Shown here: piece after piece, positions 16,290 through 24,752 of the stretch
Numbering within the stretch: the stretch's first letter is position 1
How the letters are laid out: each line of letters begins with the position of its first letter
Origin: Pseudomonadota bacterium
Lineage (GTDB): Bacteria; Bdellovibrionota_B; Oligoflexia; Oligoflexales; RGVZ01
Assembly: GCA_041178085.1 (NCBI GenBank)
Contig: JBEGVZ010000130.1
Span: 1 to 27,767, forward strand
Direction of reading: 5' to 3'
DNA length: 27,767 nucleotides
Made by a program: the position numbers and the translations under genes
Notes under the pieces: generated by a model
The model's database searches: none
The model's input: the letters and a program-made list of their open reading frames with translations, nothing else
Told to the model about the DNA's origin: nothing

Positions 16290-16826
16290 TTACGGCCGTT
16301 GTGCAGAATGGCTGTAGGCTTCTGAAGAAATCTTGCGGAAGACAAGTCCGGGGGAAATTCCGGGCTTTCCGTTCAGGCGGGCGAAGTCCGCTGGCCAGAA
16401 GCGCGGATCAAACACCATGGGCACCGGCTCGATATCCAAGATCTTTGCAACCAGTTCGGAGCAATAAAGAGCACGATTGTCCCATGAGAATTCGCGGTCG
16501 TAGGGTTGTCCGATGAATGCGTCGACCAAGTCTGTGCGCACTTTCATTTTCGACGGCACATCCAACACCCGGGCAATGCGCCCGTAACGTTCAAGGCCAC
16601 CAGCTGGTACCCATTCGGCGCCACTCGCGGGGTGGGCATGCAACCAACCACCGTCGATCTCAATTGCCATATGTGCATAGGGAAAATCAGGCTCGAGTTG
16701 GACACGGTCACCGCGTCCGTCCATAACCTCAAGAAACGCAACTTGCGTGCTGGCTTTGGCGTGCGGAAGTGGCAGCAGAAATGCCGCAACGATGGCCATG
16801 GGGAGTGAGATTATGGATAAACGCAT
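16290..16826 (-). CDS. Permuted papain-like NlpC/P60 enzyme (YiiX/YaeF/YebB-like), exported
   Basis: Signal peptide ending AKA; His in YAHMAI precedes GQPYDREFSWD...LYCSELV (Cys), the permuted order; C-terminal ISP motif. Confidence 0.82.
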   Translation of the reverse strand: MRLSIISLPMAIVAAFLLPLPHAKASTQVAFLEVMDGRGDRVQLEPDFPYAHMAIEIDGGWLHAHPASGAEWVPAGGLERYGRIARVLDVPSKMKVRTDLVDAFIGQPYDREFSWDNRALYCSELVAKILDIEPVPMVFDPRFWPADFARLNGKPGISPGLVFRKISSEAYSHSAQRP

Positions 16827-16870
16827 GGCCGCAGGATAACGCCTGAGCCGCCGGCGCGCAAACAGGAGTT

Positions 16871-17719
16871 TTATTTCCAACGGGCGTGAAGCCAGAAATA
16901 CTGCTCAGGATGGCGTTTTACGATGGCCTCAACCGCCGCATTGAACCTGGCGGAATGACGCAGGATATCGGCCGCTGCGTCATCAGAAGTCTCCAGCTCG
17001 ATTTCTGGCAGGAACTCGATCTGCATGTTTCGGGTCCCTGGGATTCTGTGAATGAATGCTGGGACCATGGGTGCCGGGCATCGTTGCCAGATGGCCGCCA
17101 AGCTGGTGTTGGTTTTGGCAGGGACGCCGAAAAACGGCAATTTGGGCTCCCCAGGGCGCGCCTGGTCCATGACAAATCCGACAATCTCGTTGGCCGCAAG
17201 TGCGTCGCGGATTGCAGAAAAACCGTCACCCTTCTTGACCCGTTTAACCGTCAGAAAGTCGTTGTGCCGGCGGGTGTCTTCGACAAACCGGTTGGTCGAA
17301 GCTCCACCGACCCGTTTGACGATGACGCGACTGGGTGCAACCTTTCGAGTCATGGTCGCGCCAAAGGCTTCCCAGTTACCCATATGGCTGACCACTGCGT
17401 ACATGCCTTTGCCGCGCGCCAGGATCTCTTTAACGACTTCAGGGTTTTTCACGCTGACATTGTGCGTGATGTCGAAGTGACGGGAAGCCAGAAATTCCAT
17501 CATGGTCAGGAAGAAATGGTAGAGGCTGGTCCGCCCGGTCTTGATCCGGTCGTTCCCGGTCATCTCGGGAAAGGCAATTCCGATGTTTCTAAGGATGAGT
17601 TTGCGACGGAAGCGCAGGACATCAAAAGCAAGGAAGGCCCATAAACGGGCAAGGCGCTCCTGCCCCTTTTGCCCGATCTTCGCAAATAAAAATCCTGTGA
17701 CAACAAGCACCGCGTACAT
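16871..17719 (-). CDS. Lipid A late acyltransferase (LpxL/HtrB family)
   Basis: RNIGIAFPE, HMGNWE (HX4E), VMDQ, FFGVPAKT and HPEQYFWLHARWK; AGGTG RBS 5 nt before the ATG. Confidence 0.9.
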   Translation of the reverse strand: MYAVLVVTGFLFAKIGQKGQERLARLWAFLAFDVLRFRRKLILRNIGIAFPEMTGNDRIKTGRTSLYHFFLTMMEFLASRHFDITHNVSVKNPEVVKEILARGKGMYAVVSHMGNWEAFGATMTRKVAPSRVIVKRVGGASTNRFVEDTRRHNDFLTVKRVKKGDGFSAIRDALAANEIVGFVMDQARPGEPKLPFFGVPAKTNTSLAAIWQRCPAPMVPAFIHRIPGTRNMQIEFLPEIELETSDDAAADILRHSARFNAAVEAIVKRHPEQYFWLHARWK

Positions 17720-17727
17720 CAGCGCAC

Positions 17728-18975
17728 CTAGAAGACCTTGGTGGTAGATGCTGTAAGCGTCACCACGTCCATCTGGTAATGCCCAGGTGCCGCACCAACA
17801 GTAGATACCGTGCGGGAGCCCCAGGTGTTCATAAAAGCAAAATCGAGTGATCCGAAGTCAAGGCTGCCCAACGTCACCTGGTCCGTCTGCGCGGAAAGTC
17901 CGAGCGATCTGCGGTCGACGCCATTGGACATGCCGAACCCAGGTCCCATCATCCGCTGGCTTCCGGTAGCCGAAGTGCCGCCTTCTCCCCAGGGGGAGGG
18001 CAGTTCGGCAATGGCAGCACCAAGGCGCCAGCCGCGTTGTGTTTTCCACCAGGCGCGGATGCCACTTTCAAGGACGTCATGAATGTCCGCGCCATGGGTC
18101 TCATCGGCAAGACCTTCGCGCATGATGGCGGCGGATTCGTTCCACTTTCTCTGGTTCAAGCTTACTTCCGCACCAAAGTGGCGGCCCAGTGCCAGGCTCC
18201 ATCCGGCGGCGATCACGGCGGGATCGTAGGACACGGCCTGAGGCCTGACACCCGGCTCACTGCCAGCCATGTCTCGGTTGCCTTCGTAGGACTTGGTGAC
18301 CGAAGAGGTGTAGGCAGCGGCAAAGCTGCCGAATCTGGAATCTGCACGAAGGCCAGCGATGCCGCGTACGAAATTATTTTTCATGGTCTGCTTCAACAGA
18401 GGTGTTGCCGATCCGACCACGCGGGCAGTGATCTCCCGTCGTTCGGTGGCGTGGATGGCGCCGGTTCCTAAATGGATTCCAGGTGCCAGTTCCCAAGACA
18501 GGCCTAACGCGCTTTTGACGGCATGTTCCGCATTTTCCACGGCCAGTGGTTGGATCTCGCCGCTCACGCGTTGCGGCAGGCCGTTGATTGCAAGATTTCC
18601 AGATCTGGTCGGGAATACCGTGAATCCAGCACGAAGGCGCGGGTCCAACAGGGATCCGGTGGCGCCAAGTGTTGCTGTGGGCGACATGATCTGCACATAA
18701 ACCTGGTCAAATTCAGGATGCTCGTAGGTCGCTCTGGCACGCACTGCGCCAGCCTCCAGGTAGGTCCTGCCCTCAGCGGGCTCCTGACCGAGGTTGGCGG
18801 GGTTGTAAAGGGCGGCGGGGGCAGAACGGGCGGCGACCGCGGATTCCATGCCCGCACTTTTCGATTCAACCCCTGCAGGGAAAGGGTCCTGCGCCATGGC
18901 ACCCTTTGCCGCTGCGAACGGCGCCAGAAGGGCGATCAAAGCTGTGATGGCGGCTTCAGGACCAATGCGTCTCAT
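17728..18975 (-). CDS. Outer-membrane beta-barrel, FadL/OmpP1-like
   Basis: Signal peptide; hatch-like AGMESAVAA...AALYNPANL; alternating amphipathic strands; C-terminal Phe (TKVF); ATGA overlap with the upstream gene. Confidence 0.7.
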   Translation of the reverse strand: MRRIGPEAAITALIALLAPFAAAKGAMAQDPFPAGVESKSAGMESAVAARSAPAALYNPANLGQEPAEGRTYLEAGAVRARATYEHPEFDQVYVQIMSPTATLGATGSLLDPRLRAGFTVFPTRSGNLAINGLPQRVSGEIQPLAVENAEHAVKSALGLSWELAPGIHLGTGAIHATERREITARVVGSATPLLKQTMKNNFVRGIAGLRADSRFGSFAAAYTSSVTKSYEGNRDMAGSEPGVRPQAVSYDPAVIAAGWSLALGRHFGAEVSLNQRKWNESAAIMREGLADETHGADIHDVLESGIRAWWKTQRGWRLGAAIAELPSPWGEGGTSATGSQRMMGPGFGMSNGVDRRSLGLSAQTDQVTLGSLDFGSLDFAFMNTWGSRTVSTVGAAPGHYQMDVVTLTASTTKVF

Positions 18976-20156
18976 GGTTGAGGATCTCCGCTTTCTTCGC
19001 GGCAAATGTTGTCAAAGTTGCCACTCAAAAGATCCATGCAGAACTCGGCATGGATGTCCATCATGATGCCCGTGATGGGCGTCACTTTGCCAAACAAGCG
19101 GACGACACTGCCGATCCAAGTCTCATCATCGCCCGGAAAAAGAATGCTTTTTCGTGCGCGTTTCACCACTTTGACCAGCATCTTGTTTTTGGAGCTGATG
19201 AAGTATTCGGATTCAGCCTGTAGCTTGGTACTCGCATCGACGTAGGGCTGCGAGTTGATCTGCGGGGCGGGCAGGCCCAGCTTGTCCACGATGACCCTGA
19301 CAGAGTAGTCGGGAAATATCTTGTTACGCTTCTGGGTGACGTGGACCATTTCCGGATTCGGGTTTACGTGGAAGCGGACGAAGACTTGTTGCGATTCGAC
19401 AGGCTTCGAATCGACCGTTTGGCAGTCGATTTCTCCCGCGTGGCTTTCGACAGTGTAAGGACCATAACTGTCAGCCGCCCGCAGGGCGTCCTTGAGGGGG
19501 AAGTTCGGAGCCGGCGCATACGGGAAAAGCTTGGGCTGGCCAGTGTCCGCATCTTTGTAACAGTAAGTCCGCGTTTGGCCTTGGTTGGGCTTCCAGACCA
19601 TTGAGCGGATACAGACCATGGCAGTCGGGCAGGTGCCCTTTTCATTGTCCTTGCCGATGACCCGTTCAAGGATCTGGGTACCACTTTCGCTTTCCCCGCC
19701 TGCCAGCACGCCAAGGTCGGCGCTTCCCGAGATTCCAGACTGGATCAGCTTGCTGACGCCAGTTTCCTCGCTGCCATAGGTCTGCCGTCCGTAGAGGGCG
19801 ATCCGTTGTTCACCGTCGAAATTACTGCGCAGCCAACTGCTGCCGGGCAGGTTCCAAGGATTCAGGACAGTGCCGGATGCGGTCAGCAACCGGAAGGAAT
19901 CCGGGTCAACCCGACCCTTGAACAGGACCGAAGCCACCACTTTGTCTGGATCTGCCTCTGGCGGGATGACCACGGGTGCAGGGTCGGCGTGGCGGTTGTC
20001 AAGTGGAGCATCGCTGCCTACGTCGCCTGGATTGGTACCGGTCTGGATCGGTCGCCCGTAGTCCTTCTGGTCATCAAAGTGCGGATCCCGCTCTACGCGT
20101 CCGCAAGCAGACAGCATGAAGAGGCAGGTGGCAATTTTTGTTGCGAGTTTTTTCAT
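18972..20156 (-). CDS. Hypothetical lipoprotein (394 aa, Cys-containing)
   Basis: MKKLATKIATCLFMLSAC lipobox, Pro/Asp-rich linker, globular region with several Cys. Confidence 0.82.
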   Translation of the reverse strand: MKKLATKIATCLFMLSACGRVERDPHFDDQKDYGRPIQTGTNPGDVGSDAPLDNRHADPAPVVIPPEADPDKVVASVLFKGRVDPDSFRLLTASGTVLNPWNLPGSSWLRSNFDGEQRIALYGRQTYGSEETGVSKLIQSGISGSADLGVLAGGESESGTQILERVIGKDNEKGTCPTAMVCIRSMVWKPNQGQTRTYCYKDADTGQPKLFPYAPAPNFPLKDALRAADSYGPYTVESHAGEIDCQTVDSKPVESQQVFVRFHVNPNPEMVHVTQKRNKIFPDYSVRVIVDKLGLPAPQINSQPYVDASTKLQAESEYFISSKNKMLVKVVKRARKSILFPGDDETWIGSVVRLFGKVTPITGIMMDIHAEFCMDLLSGNFDNICREESGDPQP

Positions 20157-20170
20157 GGGTATTTTCTGGC

Positions 20171-21082
20171 TCAGTATTGGATTTCCCGGAGTTCCTTCGG
20201 CGGTGACGTGACCAGCGAGTTCCGGTGGCGGTTTTCCATCTCGATTTTGTCGAGCTTGATCATTTTGGCGAGAGCAATCTGGTGCTGCCCGAGGTCGGGG
20301 ACGAGTCGTTCTTCCACGGTCAGAAGTTTTTCCCGGCCATCTTCGAGCTTCAGCACCAGTGTGAGGTTTCTGCGTGCTTTCAACCCTTCAAGATCGTCCA
20401 CGGCACGGTTGAACACGGCGACCAGGCGGTCGCTGACGCGCAGGACCTGTGCTTCCCCCAGGAAGGCGAACTTCGCGAGCCCGTTTACTTCAAAGGTGTA
20501 TCTGGCAACCGTTAACGGACTTTGCTGGTATCCGCCCGGCGCAGGAGCGATAGATGCCCCGCCGGGAACTTCGAAGCCTTTCCTGAAAGCCTCTGGGTTG
20601 GTTGTCACCAACAATAGCGTTCCAGGGTAGGAAAAGTCCGCCGGCGCCACGGTCATGGAGTAGGCGGAGAGGTAGTAGAAGTCGCTGCCCGGGTCGCTGG
20701 GCTGGGTTGATTCCAGCACACGCAAGTGGTCGGTTGATGTGCCGGCGCCATTCCAGCCGCAGTTGGCGCGCAGCTGGTTGACCAGGCGTTTCGCCTTGCA
20801 AATCATGTCCATCGCAGTCTGGAATTCGACGCGCAAAGGTTCTGGGGTCTGAAGGCAAAAATCCGTGATGGCGGAGGGAAGAGCTGCTGGGCTGGACCAA
20901 CAGGCACTACTTCCGTCCCCTTGGCCAGTAACGTCATCGGGAGAGGCTGGATTTGAGTGGGATGGGTTGCCGTTGTTGCCGGTGTCGACCTCTGCACGTG
21001 AGCAGGCCGTGATCAGTCCGGCTGACAGCAGGAGTGCTGGCAGCCAACGTTTTAAGATCGTTTTCCAAGCCGGGTTCGCCAA
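20171..21082 (-). CDS. Hypothetical lipoprotein (303 aa), possible helix-grip/START-like fold
   Basis: TTG start with GGGGG upstream; lipobox ITAC; low-complexity linker; beta-strand series ending in a long C-terminal helix. The fold call is inference. Confidence 0.78.
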   Translation of the reverse strand: MANPAWKTILKRWLPALLLSAGLITACSRAEVDTGNNGNPSHSNPASPDDVTGQGDGSSACWSSPAALPSAITDFCLQTPEPLRVEFQTAMDMICKAKRLVNQLRANCGWNGAGTSTDHLRVLESTQPSDPGSDFYYLSAYSMTVAPADFSYPGTLLLVTTNPEAFRKGFEVPGGASIAPAPGGYQQSPLTVARYTFEVNGLAKFAFLGEAQVLRVSDRLVAVFNRAVDDLEGLKARRNLTLVLKLEDGREKLLTVEERLVPDLGQHQIALAKMIKLDKIEMENRHRNSLVTSPPKELREIQY

Positions 21083-21388
21083 GATTCAAGCCCCCGTTTC
21101 CCAGTCGAAAATCGCGCGGAATATATCCGATTTTAAGAATTTTATGAAATCTTTTCTGGTTAAAGGTCAGTCACTGGGGGCGCCTTTTGTAAAGACACTG
21201 TTCAGAGGCTTTCCTGGCGGCCGGGCCGGGTGGCTTCGAGGTGGACAATGTGACGCATTAAAGCTCCAATATTATTGATTAATTTGAGAACTTTGCGGAT
21301 CCTCGGCGAACCCTGCCGGGCAAGAACGGAAATTGCATCCTGAGATCCCTATTAGAGCTTTTTTTTGTGTACCAGAGGGGGGTTACCC

Positions 21389-22849
21389 ATGGCTTTTGGG
21401 TTGCGTACATCACGTTTCCGCCTGTTGGCCGTATGGGCCAGCCTTTTCGCCCCGGCTCTGGTTCCGGCTTGCGGCATGGAAAACGCGGCCCAGATCAAGA
21501 CCTTTGAACCCCCCCAGGACGTTTACGTTCAGGTCCGCAACAGCAACAGCGAAGCCGGAAAGATCGAAATTACGCTTCAATCAAAGAAGTATGAGTCCCT
21601 GGCCATGTGTCAGGGGGATGGAGCGTGCAGCTCCGGCGCGCCTTCCTACCGGATTGCTGAAGCTCAGGGTGATCGTGAAGGGTACCGGATCTTTGGTTTC
21701 TCCCAGCCATTCAGTCCGGACCAGTCCGGAACTTTTGTTGTGGTGGATGGCGTGTCGGGCTCCGTGGCGCGCAAGTTCCGTCTGCGTCCGGGCGGCAACA
21801 ACGCAAATCCGGGCAACCCGCTCGAAGTGGGTCTCGCACAGATTAACCGTCAGGTAATGGAGCAGGAGCTCCACCATCTGAGTTCCGATGACTTCAACGG
21901 CCGCCTTTCAGCCACCAAGGATCACGAGTCAGCGGCAGATTTTATCATCGCAAACCTGGAAAAGCTGAACATTCCACCCCTTCAGCCCGGAAACTATCGC
22001 CAGGCATTCACCATGTCAGAGGGTCCTACTTCGGGCCAGAGAACCCACAACGTTCTAGCTGTACTGCAAGGGAACGATCCGGTCCTCAAAAACGAGTACG
22101 TTGTCATCGGCGCCCACCTCGATCATGCAGGCACCATGGAACGCGGCTACACCTGCTCGTTTGGTGCGGGCAACGATCCGATCTGTAACGGGGCAGATGA
22201 CAACGGATCAGGTTCGATCACGGTTTTGAACCAGGCCAAGGCGCTGGCAGCAGTGCGTGGCAGCTTAAAGCGTTCGGTCATCCTGATGTGGTTTTCGGGC
22301 GAGGAAGAAGGCCTTCTGGGTTCAGCGCACTATGTGCGAAACCCCGTCGTCCCTTTGGCAAAGACGGTTTACATGATCAACGTCGACATGGTCGGGTACT
22401 TGAGGACCAACAACGCCACCTTGCTTGCCCTGGGCGGCGGGACTTCCCGGGCTGGGCGTCGCATCATCCAGACGGCGGCCGCACGGTATCCAGAGATCAA
22501 AGTCAATATCTCCGACCGCGCCGGCGGGGGAAGTGACCATGTCAACTTCATGGGCAAGGGAATTCCGGGAGTGTTTTTCCATACGGGTGTGAGCAACAAC
22601 CCGAACTACCACAAGACGTCGGACTCGCCTGACAAGATCGACTATGACGGTATGTACGTCGCCAACAAGGTAATCTTCGAGACAGTGCTTGAGGTGGCGC
22701 GGGCTGCCGCCACCAAAGAGGGTCAGCTGGAGCTGACTGGCGAGGCCGGAGATGGTTTTGCTGGCGGGGACGAGCGCCCTTCGCTGGTAACCCCCGAAGA
22801 AATGCTGCAGACTTGCCACCACTTGATGCAGAACCCCTATACGCGTTAG
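21389..22849 (+). CDS. M28-family metallopeptidase lipoprotein
   Basis: Lipobox VPAC; IGAHLDH, GADDNGSG, FSGEEEGLLGS, INVDMVG, SDHVNF and YHKTSD motifs; GAGGGGG RBS. Confidence 0.92.
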   Translation: MAFGLRTSRFRLLAVWASLFAPALVPACGMENAAQIKTFEPPQDVYVQVRNSNSEAGKIEITLQSKKYESLAMCQGDGACSSGAPSYRIAEAQGDREGYRIFGFSQPFSPDQSGTFVVVDGVSGSVARKFRLRPGGNNANPGNPLEVGLAQINRQVMEQELHHLSSDDFNGRLSATKDHESAADFIIANLEKLNIPPLQPGNYRQAFTMSEGPTSGQRTHNVLAVLQGNDPVLKNEYVVIGAHLDHAGTMERGYTCSFGAGNDPICNGADDNGSGSITVLNQAKALAAVRGSLKRSVILMWFSGEEEGLLGSAHYVRNPVVPLAKTVYMINVDMVGYLRTNNATLLALGGGTSRAGRRIIQTAAARYPEIKVNISDRAGGGSDHVNFMGKGIPGVFFHTGVSNNPNYHKTSDSPDKIDYDGMYVANKVIFETVLEVARAAATKEGQLELTGEAGDGFAGGDERPSLVTPEEMLQTCHHLMQNPYTR

Positions 22850-22858
22850 TTTCATAGG

Positions 22859-22879
22859 GCGCCCCGCTGACCGGGGCGC
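22859..22879 (+). other. GC-rich intergenic hairpin without a U-tract
   Basis: GCGCCCCG-CTGAC-CGGGGCGC, 9 nt after the M28 stop codon. Confidence 0.5.
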
Positions 22880-22900
22880 GTCAATGAGACGAGGGCGCGC

Positions 22901-23677
22901 GTGAAGATTGAATCCATTCCAGGTGTGAAATCAATCCCCGGGCCGGCGGTCGCCAGTGCCACGGGCTTTGTCTTTGGCATCCGTGCATTTGTGACCGGCT
23001 GCGGATGGTTGTCGCGCAATCCGCGCTGGCTGGCCTTGTTGATGGTTCCGTTTGTGGTGGCGGCCGTAACCTTCAGTGCGGGTGTATGGGCGTTTTTTGA
23101 GTACAGCCCTCAGTTGTATGACTGGCTTCTTTTTGCCCGTCCTGAAGGGTACGCAATTCTTGCGATGTGGTACCTGCTCAAGGCGGCCGTTGGTGTTGCA
23201 ATGTTTGTTTTTGTTCTTGCGGCAAGTTTGTGCGTGGCGGCCGTGATCTCATCTCCTGTCTTTGAACGGGTTTCGCTGGCCGTTGAACGCAGTGTGCTGG
23301 GCGACCAGTCACAAGTCGCCGCGATGCCGCTGTTTTCTCTGCGGGTCATGTTTGACGAAATTAAAAAAGGCCTGATCAGTGTGGGTGTGCCTTTGTTCGT
23401 TCTGCTGATTCCCGGCGTAAACGTCCTGACTCCGGTGGCTTCAGCCCTTGTGCTGGGGTGGAATCTTTACGACTACCCTCTGGCCCGGCGCGGACTTTCT
23501 CTTAACGAACGCATCCGTATCGCTCTGGGCGATGCGCCGGCCTTGATCGGGCTGGGCGTCTGGTTGATTTTCCCGCTGGCTCAGATTTTCCTGATGCCTT
23601 TTGCAATTGCGGGAGCAACCATCATTTGTTGTGAGCGCCTTCGCGGTCTTAACGTTTCGAAACCCGCGGGTGCGTGA
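22901..23677 (+). CDS. EI24/CysZ-like membrane protein
   Basis: Multi-pass hydrophobic profile; VISSPVFERVSLAVE, LLIPGVN and YDYPLARRG motifs; GAGGG before the GTG. Confidence 0.82.
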   Translation: MKIESIPGVKSIPGPAVASATGFVFGIRAFVTGCGWLSRNPRWLALLMVPFVVAAVTFSAGVWAFFEYSPQLYDWLLFARPEGYAILAMWYLLKAAVGVAMFVFVLAASLCVAAVISSPVFERVSLAVERSVLGDQSQVAAMPLFSLRVMFDEIKKGLISVGVPLFVLLIPGVNVLTPVASALVLGWNLYDYPLARRGLSLNERIRIALGDAPALIGLGVWLIFPLAQIFLMPFAIAGATIICCERLRGLNVSKPAGA

Positions 23678-24557
23678 AGTGCAAGCGGTGGTCGCATCCC
23701 TCTGAGGCTGTTTGTGAATTGAGGGTGATTTGTCCGATCTCCCGCCAATCCTGGTTGTCTGTGTCAGAGACCAGGATGTCAAAGCGGAGTCCGCCGTCGT
23801 AGTTGCGCACGTCAAGTTCGTTGCGGAAATCCGGGTGGTTGACGCGTTCGCGGTTTGCTGAACGCAGCATCATCCAGCGCGGTGCCTTGATCGCGCGCGG
23901 ATTTTCGACTCCCAGGCCCGCGATCGATTCGACTGGACGCCAGGTCGGGTTTTCATCCGCCCCTTTGAAGGTTGAGACGATTTTCAGCAGGGTCCGTGCG
24001 TTGAAGATGCTGCTCAAATGAGTCGAAACGTCGGGCTCGTTCGTTTTGTCCGTGTCAAGAAAGTTTTCTGCTCCGGTGCCGCCCAAGTCGTCGATTGTGA
24101 AAAAGTTTGCCGTCTTGTGCGCCCTTGGGTCGCTGCGGTCGGTCGTCGGGAAGATTTTGCCAGCCAGTCCGAAGGACCTCCAGGAACCGCGGCGTGCATT
24201 GCCCATGGCTTCGGAGGCACGCACGATGATCAAGCCCTCACTGCCCTTGGCGAAATAGCCCGTATAAGGATTACGCTCGGTGATGCTCCAAGTACCTGCA
24301 AAGCAAATTCCTACAGGATGAACCAGCTTTTGGAACGTGGGGAGGATATCCCGGTCATCCGACAGGGTGCGGTCAACAGCGCGTTTCAACCGGTCCACCC
24401 CGTATTCATAGAAACTTCCCAGCGTTACCTGATGCTCCGGCAATTTCTGGTACGGGCCAGATTTGGTTGCCGACCAGACTTCCGGGAACGATGCTCCACT
24501 GGCAACAGTTGCTTCCGCAGCGCAGATCAAACAGGCAGATAGGATGGACTTTTTCAT
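23649..24557 (-). CDS. Exported catalase-like fold protein (short form)
   Basis: Signal peptide; KLVHPVG (cf. VHAKG), IVRAS (cf. VRFS), FGLAGKIF, WREIGQITL and LHFTHP motifs; GGGAGG RBS. Confidence 0.72.
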   Translation of the reverse strand: MKKSILSACLICAAEATVASGASFPEVWSATKSGPYQKLPEHQVTLGSFYEYGVDRLKRAVDRTLSDDRDILPTFQKLVHPVGICFAGTWSITERNPYTGYFAKGSEGLIIVRASEAMGNARRGSWRSFGLAGKIFPTTDRSDPRAHKTANFFTIDDLGGTGAENFLDTDKTNEPDVSTHLSSIFNARTLLKIVSTFKGADENPTWRPVESIAGLGVENPRAIKAPRWMMLRSANRERVNHPDFRNELDVRNYDGGLRFDILVSDTDNQDWREIGQITLNSQTASEGCDHRLHFTHPRVSKR

Positions 24558-24631
24558 GGCAACCTCCCGGGGTTTCGTGGGCGCGACGGTTAATGAGCCC
24601 CAATTCCGGGAGATATAATCTTCTATTAAAA

Positions 24632-24658
24632 ATTATACAATTTATAAGATCATACTAT
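24632..24658 (-). promoter_or_regulatory. TATAAT -10 element overlapped by an OxyR/LysR-like site
   Basis: Minus-strand TATAAT at 24637-24632; ATAG-N7-TTAT-N7-ATAA at 24658-24633 within an AT-rich island. Confidence 0.4.
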
Positions 24659-24680
24659 CTGGCTGGAAAGTTTATTATTC

Positions 24681-24726
24681 GTGATTTTTGAGCGGGTGAC
24701 CGTTCTCACCCGCCCCGAAAAATCAC
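24681..24726. terminator. Long imperfect inverted repeat downstream of the coiled-coil lipoprotein gene
   Basis: GTGATTTTTgaGCGGGTGA-ccgttc-TCACCCGCcccgAAAAATCAC; no canonical U tail. Confidence 0.5.
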
Positions 24727-24752
24727 AGGCAGACCCTGCAATCATTCACCGG

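Noticed and set aside
19806..20630. 274-aa plus-strand ORF
   Set aside because: It spans two antisense lipoprotein genes and has the Ser/Arg-rich composition typical of shadow frames.
21108..21122. AAAATCGCGCGGAAT resembling the palindrome at 15611-15626 as a shared operator
   Set aside because: The match is imperfect and a similar string occurs inside guaB, so support is insufficient.
21322..21337. Sigma54-like element AAGAACGGAAATTGCA upstream of the M28 gene
   Set aside because: It lacks the invariant GG at -24.
22901..22942. Short duplication IESIPG/VKSIPG at the EI24 N-terminus
   Set aside because: Only two degenerate copies; it mainly makes the start codon ambiguous (GTG 22901 versus a GTG about 24 nt downstream).
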